Source: a virus (Duplodnaviria > Heunggongvirae > Uroviricota > Caudoviricetes). From it: a stretch of 64,000 nucleotides of DNA. Of the stretch, positions 57,759-64,000 are shown one piece after another. The notes beneath the pieces were generated by a model. That model ran no database searches. It saw only the letters and a program-made list of their open reading frames with translations, and had not been told where the DNA came from. The stretch is taken from IMG/VR virus record IMGVR_UViG_3300001336_000001, positions 170,836 to 234,835 of that record. One strand, written 5' to 3'. Both the position numbers and the translations under genes were made by a program. Each line of letters opens with the position of its first letter. Positions within the stretch are counted from its first letter, which is position 1.

Positions 57759-57773
57759 AATAAAAATATATTT

Positions 57774-58265
57774 ATGAAGTTTAAAAAGGAATTTTTCGAA
57801 AAACATAAACCAATATCCAACCAAGAAACAAACTTGGATGAATTGGTTGATGTTAATGGTGGTGAAATTTCTGGGGACTATAAGCCAGGTTATAAACAAA
57901 TACAAACTGGTCCAGTACCCAAATCTTTTGATGATACATCTGATTATGAAAAGGGTATATCAACAACCACTGATGATTGGGCACAATACGCAAACCCAAG
58001 GAGTTGGTGGTCGCTTTATTATGGTTATGGTGGAACACCATATAGTCACGGTAAAAGACCAATATCTGAAACTAAAGATAAAATAAAGGATATGCTTGAA
58101 AACATTGTTGATAAACAAAATTTAGAAGATATAGTTGAAAAAACTGATGATACCGATATGGCAATACTAAAAAGGATTGAGGATTTGGTTAAAAAAACTA
58201 AAGAATTATCAAAAAGTGAAAAAAGTAAAATAATAAACATAATAAACGACTCAAACGAAAACTAA
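57774..58265 (+). CDS. hypothetical protein, 163 aa
   Basis: ORF track; stop/start coupled to the next gene. Confidence 0.7.
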   Translation: MKFKKEFFEKHKPISNQETNLDELVDVNGGEISGDYKPGYKQIQTGPVPKSFDDTSDYEKGISTTTDDWAQYANPRSWWSLYYGYGGTPYSHGKRPISETKDKIKDMLENIVDKQNLEDIVEKTDDTDMAILKRIEDLVKKTKELSKSEKSKIINIINDSNEN

Positions 58266-58678
58266 TGCCTAATTTAGATTTGAATAATAAAGGTAAGGAG
58301 TTTATTGTTGATGATAAATACAAAAACTTTTTTAAAACAGAAAGAGTTTCATACTCAACATTAACCAGTAGAAAGAGTAGTTTAGAAAATAAAAATAATT
58401 TAACCAATGAAGAATGGGGGTTATTAGATTGGATTAATAAAAAATTAAAAACTGAGATACAAAAAAATGAAGGCCCTAAACGAGCTAGGTTGAATATAGG
58501 CGCCGAAGGTACTAAACGAGGTGTAAATGGTGGAAATAATTTTAAAAACAGAACACCTAACGATACTGATAACAACAATGTTGGGTCAGTTGGTGAAATT
58601 GTTAAAATTAACGAGGAAATAAATTCTATTAAATATTTAATAGAGTATATGGATAATAATAAAACAAAAAATTTATAA
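58265..58678 (+). CDS. hypothetical protein, 137 aa
   Basis: ORF track. Confidence 0.7.
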   Translation: MPNLDLNNKGKEFIVDDKYKNFFKTERVSYSTLTSRKSSLENKNNLTNEEWGLLDWINKKLKTEIQKNEGPKRARLNIGAEGTKRGVNGGNNFKNRTPNDTDNNNVGSVGEIVKINEEINSIKYLIEYMDNNKTKNL

Positions 58679-58680
58679 TT

Positions 58681-59016
58681 ATGTCAAATAAATTAGAAGA
58701 AGCAGCTGTCAATACGAGGTCAACTTTGATAGCGATTAATAACTACAATAGTGCTGATGATGCAAATAATTATGGTGCAACACACACTAGGGCTCTTAGT
58801 GATGAAACAACACCTGTTTATGGTAAAGGTACTGGGGTATTCTTAGATACATACAATGGTGGTGGTAGCTTAGATGTATTCGGTGTACCATCACAAGGTG
58901 GTTCTGGTAGATTAGCGGCTATAGCCAACAACGGCTCAACATGGGGTTACACACCAAATTCATATTACACAACACCAGACACATCAGGTAATGTTGGTCA
59001 AGTAACATTTGGATAA
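58681..59016 (+). CDS. hypothetical Gly/Thr-rich (possible virion) protein, 111 aa
   Basis: ORF track; HTRALSD..GKGTG..GG..D motif. Confidence 0.7.
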   Translation: MSNKLEEAAVNTRSTLIAINNYNSADDANNYGATHTRALSDETTPVYGKGTGVFLDTYNGGGSLDVFGVPSQGGSGRLAAIANNGSTWGYTPNSYYTTPDTSGNVGQVTFG

Positions 59017-59027
59017 AAAATTTTTAT

Positions 59028-59453
59028 ATGAAACTTTACAATATTTTTCAAGAGATTATATTAGAAGAACAAAAACACCTCCTAGTCGAGGGTGTCTTGG
59101 AAGATATTAAAAAAGCTATGGAGGGTAGTTATGATATTTGGTTAAAATACAAAACACCAAATGGTACCGTGACAGACCGATACATAGAACTAGATAAGAT
59201 GGGAACATCATTAGCTGGTAATTCAGTAGTTAGACTCTACCAAAAAGGTGGTCAAACAACTGGTAAAAATAATTATGGTTGGAAAATGTTTAGGTTGGAT
59301 AGGATAGTTCCAGGCTCAATAAGACCAACAAATAAAACAAATTATAGGTCGGTTGGTGAAATACCTTCATACACTGGACCTAAATATAATAAAACGGGTG
59401 ATAAACTAATGAAGGGTGTTATCACTAAAGCAAATTATAAATATAAAGAATAA
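59028..59453 (+). CDS. WYL-like domain protein
   Basis: Y......R.IE...G..VRLYQ..GWKMFRLDRI. Confidence 0.6.
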   Translation: MKLYNIFQEIILEEQKHLLVEGVLEDIKKAMEGSYDIWLKYKTPNGTVTDRYIELDKMGTSLAGNSVVRLYQKGGQTTGKNNYGWKMFRLDRIVPGSIRPTNKTNYRSVGEIPSYTGPKYNKTGDKLMKGVITKANYKYKE

Positions 59454-59456
59454 ATT

Positions 59457-60005
59457 ATGGATACACCAAAACCGATAGATGTTAATATGCTTAAGGGTAT
59501 ATTGGGTAACGCAAAAAAAATAATGAACAAAGTTGACACTGGTGACTACACTACTGGTAATGTAGACGGTAGAGCACTAAGTGAAGACGGGGTTAAACAA
59601 TTACAAGCCGAAGGTGTTAAAAGACCAACGAAACAAACGGGTTATAATGAAAATAGAGTTAAACAATCAAGGTTACCTGAATCAGTTAAAAAAATGATGA
59701 TTGAAAATCCAATACCACAACCATCAGGACTTAATCACACATTCAATTTAGAAGATGTTTATGATGAGCATGATGAAAAACCATTACCAATACCACAACC
59801 TAGAACAAGAGCGGTTAATGAACAATACCAACAACAACAACAATTTGGTGGGTATAGTGAAAATGTTCTAAGAGCTATGATGAAAGATGTTTTAATTGAA
59901 TATCTAACTAATGATTACTCTAAAAATTTAACTGAAAATGTTATAAAACAAACTATAAATACTTTAATTAAAGAAGGTAAAATAACAACAAAGAAAAGAG
60001 TTTAA
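59457..60005 (+). CDS. hypothetical protein, 182 aa
   Basis: ORF track; SRLPESVKKMMIENPI motif. Confidence 0.7.
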   Translation: MDTPKPIDVNMLKGILGNAKKIMNKVDTGDYTTGNVDGRALSEDGVKQLQAEGVKRPTKQTGYNENRVKQSRLPESVKKMMIENPIPQPSGLNHTFNLEDVYDEHDEKPLPIPQPRTRAVNEQYQQQQQFGGYSENVLRAMMKDVLIEYLTNDYSKNLTENVIKQTINTLIKEGKITTKKRV

Positions 60006-60054
60006 AAAAAAATGATTTTATGAACTATTAGTACATAAAACCCAATTAAAATAA

Positions 60055-60094
60055 AAAAAAAGGAATATTATATTAATATAATATTCCTTTTTTT
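60055..60094. terminator. perfect 40-bp palindrome, probable bidirectional terminator
   Basis: A7-GGAATATTATATT|AATATAATATTCC-T7. Confidence 0.65.
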
Positions 60095-60148
60095 ATTTAC
60101 TATCAATTGTGTTATGATTATTATTATACCTAATAAATAATTTATAAC

Positions 60149-61399
60149 ATGAGTTCAAATAGAAAAATCAAAGTTTTAGTAGTACCTTCAGACGGTACTG
60201 GTGTAGGGGCTTACAGGTCAATAAATCCACATATAGGTCTTGAAAAATATTATCAAGATGAATTTCATATAGACATCAATAATGACCCAAATTTAAATGA
60301 TGATGAATATATTAAAAAATACGATATAATTCACTATCACCGAACACTAGGTCCATACGAATCACATGACAAAATAGTTGACAAAATAGAAAAACTTGGT
60401 GTAGTACCAATTATGGATATTGATGATTATTGGTCACCAGGTAAACACCATCCAGCTTATTTGATGATTAAAAACGCCAAGATGGATGAAAAAATTTTGA
60501 ATAATGTTAAAGGTGCCAAATACATAACAACCACAACCGAATTATTTGCTGACGAAATTAGAAAATTTAATAAAAATGTTTTTGTGTTACCAAATGCGAT
60601 AAATACAGAAGACCAACAATTTATACCAAAACCAGAAAAATCAGACAGAGTTAGAATTGGTTGGCTTGGAGGGAGCTCACATCTTGAAGATTTAAAACTA
60701 TTAAGTGGTTTGGTTAGTAAATTAAAATCTGATAAACTTTTAGATAGAGTACAATTTGTATTATGTGGTTTCGACTTAAGAGGTACTATGACAATGATTG
60801 ACCCAAAAACTGGACAAAAAACTCAAAGACCAATAAAACCAAAAGAAAGTGTTTGGTACAAATATGAACAAATATTTACTGATGACTACAAATCAGTTAG
60901 TGAAGACTATAAAAAATTCTTGTTAGATTTTAAAAAGGAAGAGTACCCAAATGTTATGGATGAACCATATCGCAGAGTGTGGACCAAACCAGTTAGTACA
61001 TACGCAACTAATTATAATTTATTTGACATTTCATTGGCACCATTGGTTAATAATAAGTTTAATTTGATGAAATCACAATTAAAGGTAATTGAATCTGGTT
61101 TCCATAAAAAAGCTTTAATTACCCAAGACTTTGGACCATACCGAATTGATTTAGTTAACGCAAATATTAGACCAAGTAAAGGTGAATCAACCATACCCTT
61201 TAATACTGAAGCCAATGCTTATATGGTATCTAATGACAATAAACAATGGTACCAATTTATTAAACGATTGATTAATAACCCAGAACAAATAAACATATTG
61301 GGTGAAAATCTTTATAATACAGTTAAAGATACCTATAGTATTGAAGCGGTTTCAAAACATAGGAGAGGTTTGTATCTATCATTATTAAATAAACAATAA
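60149..61399 (+). CDS. GT-B (GT4-like) glycosyltransferase
   Basis: GVGAYRS..MDIDDYW..LPNAI..RIGWLGGSSHLEDL..DISLAPL..FN.MKSQLKVIE. Confidence 0.8.
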   Translation: MSSNRKIKVLVVPSDGTGVGAYRSINPHIGLEKYYQDEFHIDINNDPNLNDDEYIKKYDIIHYHRTLGPYESHDKIVDKIEKLGVVPIMDIDDYWSPGKHHPAYLMIKNAKMDEKILNNVKGAKYITTTTELFADEIRKFNKNVFVLPNAINTEDQQFIPKPEKSDRVRIGWLGGSSHLEDLKLLSGLVSKLKSDKLLDRVQFVLCGFDLRGTMTMIDPKTGQKTQRPIKPKESVWYKYEQIFTDDYKSVSEDYKKFLLDFKKEEYPNVMDEPYRRVWTKPVSTYATNYNLFDISLAPLVNNKFNLMKSQLKVIESGFHKKALITQDFGPYRIDLVNANIRPSKGESTIPFNTEANAYMVSNDNKQWYQFIKRLINNPEQINILGENLYNTVKDTYSIEAVSKHRRGLYLSLLNKQ

Positions 61400-61406
61400 A
61401 AAAATT

Positions 61407-61997
61407 ATGGCTAAAAAAACTAACATTAAAAACGATGCTTTGGACGCTTTAATAGGTAAAAGTGTTGCTAATAATAAAAATTACGAAAAAGAGGTTGGTA
61501 AAAAAGTTAAAAAATTAAGTAAACAAATGAAAAAAGATAAGGATAAAATGTTGCTCTTAATGGGTGTTAAACCAAAGTGTGAAGAAAAATTAAGTTTCTT
61601 TACAAGAATAAAAATATGGTTTTCAACACTCTTGTTTAAAGTTAAAAATAGAAAAAAACTTAAACGTGCGTCAACTTTGATTAACTATGACCCAAACCAA
61701 GGTAGGAATAACATACCAGTAGAGTTATTAATTAAAATGAGGGAGTCTTTTAATGTAAACGTGGGTGAGTTTAACCATAGTACAGATATTGAAATGGTTG
61801 ACGTTATAGGTGTAAAACCCGCAACGTTAAATAATGACTTTTTTGAAGAATTATTAGACACCGATAATTCAGATTTAACTTGTGTGGATGAATATGAAAA
61901 TAAAGAACGAATTAAAATTTTGAAGATAAAAGAAACAGCAAAGGCTTCAAAATCATTAAAAAATATTGAAAATAAAATTAATAATGGTAGTATTTAG
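61407..61997 (+). CDS. hypothetical protein, 196 aa
   Basis: ORF track. Confidence 0.65.
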   Translation: MAKKTNIKNDALDALIGKSVANNKNYEKEVGKKVKKLSKQMKKDKDKMLLLMGVKPKCEEKLSFFTRIKIWFSTLLFKVKNRKKLKRASTLINYDPNQGRNNIPVELLIKMRESFNVNVGEFNHSTDIEMVDVIGVKPATLNNDFFEELLDTDNSDLTCVDEYENKERIKILKIKETAKASKSLKNIENKINNGSI

Positions 61998-62103
61998 TGG
62001 GTTATTCGGAGCATTCCAATATACAATAAATGAAAAAGGGTTATTCGGTGTTTGTTTTTTTGACAAAATAATGATAACAAAAGATGGGTTTGGAGTATTA
62101 TGA
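61984..62103 (+). CDS. small hydrophobic peptide, 39 aa (MVVFSGLFGAFQYTINEKGLFGVCFFDKIMITKDGFGVL)
   Basis: Fills the gap exactly; overlaps the upstream stop and ends in an ATGA overlap with ugd. Confidence 0.45.
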   Translation: MVVFSGLFGAFQYTINEKGLFGVCFFDKIMITKDGFGVL

Positions 62104-62903
62104 ACGAAATTGGTATAATTGGTTATGGTTTTGTGGGTAAAGCAACTGCCGAATTAAAATCGGTGGTTAATATTAATGTGTATGACCCAATCTACTCAGA
62201 TTTTAACAAGAAAGAATCACTAAAAAAAGCATACACCTCAGACATCGTAATCTGTTGTGTACCCACACCACAAGATGATGATGGGTTAATAGACTTATCA
62301 ATTCTTGATGAATCTATAAAAACATGGGTTGATTTTGGTATGGTTGGTGTTTTCACTATTAAGTCAACAATCCCATGTGGTACAGTTGATTATTATAATG
62401 GAAAATACAATACAAACAAAATTATACACAACCCAGAGTTTTTAACTGAAAGAACACACATAGAAGATTTCTTAAACCCAACTGACGTTGTTATAGGTGG
62501 TGACCCGATACATTGTAATGGTCTGTACAAGGTATATAAATTATTCTATTCTGATTTGGATATTGATATTAATATTTGTACAGCAAAAGAAGCTGAGTTA
62601 TTAAAAACTGTTAGAAATAGTTTTTATGCAACAAAAGTTATATTCATGAATGAAATTTATACATTATGTTCCGAACTAGGTGTTAATTATGAAGAATATC
62701 AAAAAATATTAACAAATAATGGTAAACACCCATGGTGGGGTCCACAACATACAGAGGTTCCTGGTCACGATGGTAAGTTTGGTTATGGTGGTAAATGCTT
62801 TCCAAAGGATGTTTCTGGATTATATAACTTAGCACTACAACATGGTGTTGAATTGAGTGTCTTAAAAGCAGCTAAAGATAAAAATAGCATTATTAGGGAA
62901 TAA
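62100..62903 (+). CDS. ugd: UDP-glucose/GDP-mannose dehydrogenase family protein (short form)
   Basis: GYGFVG; CVPTP; KSTIP.GT; NPEFL; GYGGKCFPKD. Confidence 0.88.
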   Translation: MNEIGIIGYGFVGKATAELKSVVNINVYDPIYSDFNKKESLKKAYTSDIVICCVPTPQDDDGLIDLSILDESIKTWVDFGMVGVFTIKSTIPCGTVDYYNGKYNTNKIIHNPEFLTERTHIEDFLNPTDVVIGGDPIHCNGLYKVYKLFYSDLDIDINICTAKEAELLKTVRNSFYATKVIFMNEIYTLCSELGVNYEEYQKILTNNGKHPWWGPQHTEVPGHDGKFGYGGKCFPKDVSGLYNLALQHGVELSVLKAAKDKNSIIRE

Positions 62904-62916
62904 TAAAAATAATATC

Positions 62917-62947
62917 TTGAAATGTTTTAAATTTATTAGTATATTTG
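62917..62947 (+). promoter_or_regulatory. Bacteroidota-type promoter TTG-N20-TATATTTG
   Basis: 33 nt upstream of ATG 62981. Confidence 0.65.
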
Positions 62948-62980
62948 CCACATAACATAATAAATTTAAAATCAAAAAAA

Positions 62981-63532
62981 ATGTCACTAACTAAAGAAAA
63001 AATCTTAAAAAACGCTAAAAAATTTCACGAAACAGGTGTTAAACTTGGGTTTGTTAATGATGAACTAATGGGATTATTAGGTGAAGAGTTTATTAGTGCA
63101 CCAGCAACAACAAACTCATTTAATGCGTTTGATGGTGGGCTAATCCTGCACATTTTAAACACAACCAAATACGCCATATCATTTAATGATATGTTACCCG
63201 AAGATAAAAAGGTAAATCAAGATTCCTTAATTAAGGTTTGCTTTTTACACCAATTAGGTAAAGCAAAAATGTTTACACCACAGACTGATGAGTGGAGAAG
63301 AACTAAATTGGGTGAATTATACACATTTACTGAAAATACCTTAAGTATGAAAGTCGCTGAACGCTCAATCTATTTTGCAATGAAAGGTAAAATAGATTTA
63401 ACCGAAGATGAAGTGTTTGCAATTTTTAATTACAACGAAGATTTCTCGACAAGACCAATAGTAAATGAAGGTGAAAAATTGGCTGGTATATTAAGAATCG
63501 CCAATCAGATGGCAATGTTTATTGAAAAATAA
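62981..63532 (+). CDS. HD-domain-like protein with a degenerate motif (HQ)
   Basis: APA..AFDGGLILH..CFLHQLGK; start moved to ATG 62981. Confidence 0.6.
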   Translation: MSLTKEKILKNAKKFHETGVKLGFVNDELMGLLGEEFISAPATTNSFNAFDGGLILHILNTTKYAISFNDMLPEDKKVNQDSLIKVCFLHQLGKAKMFTPQTDEWRRTKLGELYTFTENTLSMKVAERSIYFAMKGKIDLTEDEVFAIFNYNEDFSTRPIVNEGEKLAGILRIANQMAMFIEK

Positions 63533-63538
63533 TTAAAT

Positions 63539-64000
63539 ATGAGTGAAGAAATTGACAAACTAAAAGAAAAGTTGTTTGAGGCAATTGACTCAAACACATC
63601 ATATTCTTATGATGATTTTATTACGGATTATAGTAATAACCAAACATCAACATTATCATTCGATTTAGATGCATTTAAACAAAAAATTAACTTTGTTAAC
63701 ACAAGTGATAATCCAGACCCAGAGTACGCAACAGAAGGTTCCGCTGGGTTTGATATTCGTTCATCTGTTGACGAAATATTGGAACCTAGTGAATTTAAGA
63801 CAATACCAACTGGTTTATACTTTGAAACACCTAATAATTTTGAATTACAAGTTAGGCCCAGAAGCGGTTTAGCGTCTAGGAATGGTGTAACAGTATTAAA
63901 TGCACCTGGGACTATAGATTCTGACTATCGTGGTGAAATTAAAGTAATTTTAATAAATCATGGTAAGAAGCCTTTTGTAATCGAAAAAGGTGATAGAATA
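63539..64000 (+). CDS. dut: trimeric dUTPase (runs off the window end)
   Basis: Manual translation: [28 protein letters not shown]; acidic N-terminal extension. Confidence 0.92.
   Translation, partial: MSEEIDKLKEKLFEAIDSNTSYSYDDFITDYSNNQTSTLSFDLDAFKQKINFVNTSDNPDPEYATEGSAGFDIRSSVDEILEPSEFKTIPTGLYFETPNNFELQVRPRSGLASRNGVTVLNAPGTIDSDYRGEIKVILINHGKKPFVIEKGDRI

Noticed and set aside
57711-57905. N-terminal extension of ORF 56142..57905 (also the non-ATG starts at 25256, 49130, 62945)
   Set aside because: Extensions overlap a divergent gene or promoter elements; downstream ATGs fit the promoter motifs better
63669-63872. 67-aa ORF in the track
   Set aside because: Out-of-frame overlap with the clear dUTPase frame starting at 63539
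1-64000. Stop-codon reassignment as in some large phages
   Set aside because: Long genes are intact under the standard code; TAG and TGA terminate genes at sensible ends (e.g. tail tube, 41383..43356)
1-64000. tRNA, rRNA, integrase or IS elements
   Set aside because: None recognised by eye; intergenic gaps are short and AT-rich. tRNAscan-SE and Infernal would be needed to exclude them formally.

Overview
This AT-rich, gene-dense 64 kb segment looks like part of a large contractile-tailed (T4-superfamily-like) phage genome using the standard genetic code. Host-type promoter motifs (TTG-N20-TAnnTTTG) and the lack of obvious Shine-Dalgarno sites suggest a Bacteroidota host. It contains a tail/baseplate module: sheath, tube, gp26/gp51-like chaperone pair, tape measure, an OmpA-domain baseplate protein, and a 2297-aa hub with putative cell-wall hydrolase domains. 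It also holds neck genes, a fibre/lectin cluster, two related endonucleases, an SNF2 helicase, family-B DNA polymerase, dUTPase and sugar-modifying enzymes. Main candidate novel system: a 2370-aa fibre with ~602 in-register, proline-free Gly-X-Y (GTS/GSG) triplets. It is encoded near an Aah/TibC-type O-heptosyltransferase, a GT4-methyltransferase-GT25 fusion and an Rmt2-like methyltransferase, suggesting a phage-encoded virion glycosylation pathway. Other highlights are a probable +1 frameshift in the chaperone pair, a putative late-promoter motif that is the reverse complement of T4's, probable leaderless mRNAs, two unannotated RHH regulators and structured leaders on fibre genes. All family assignments come from motif recognition by eye; no database searches were run.
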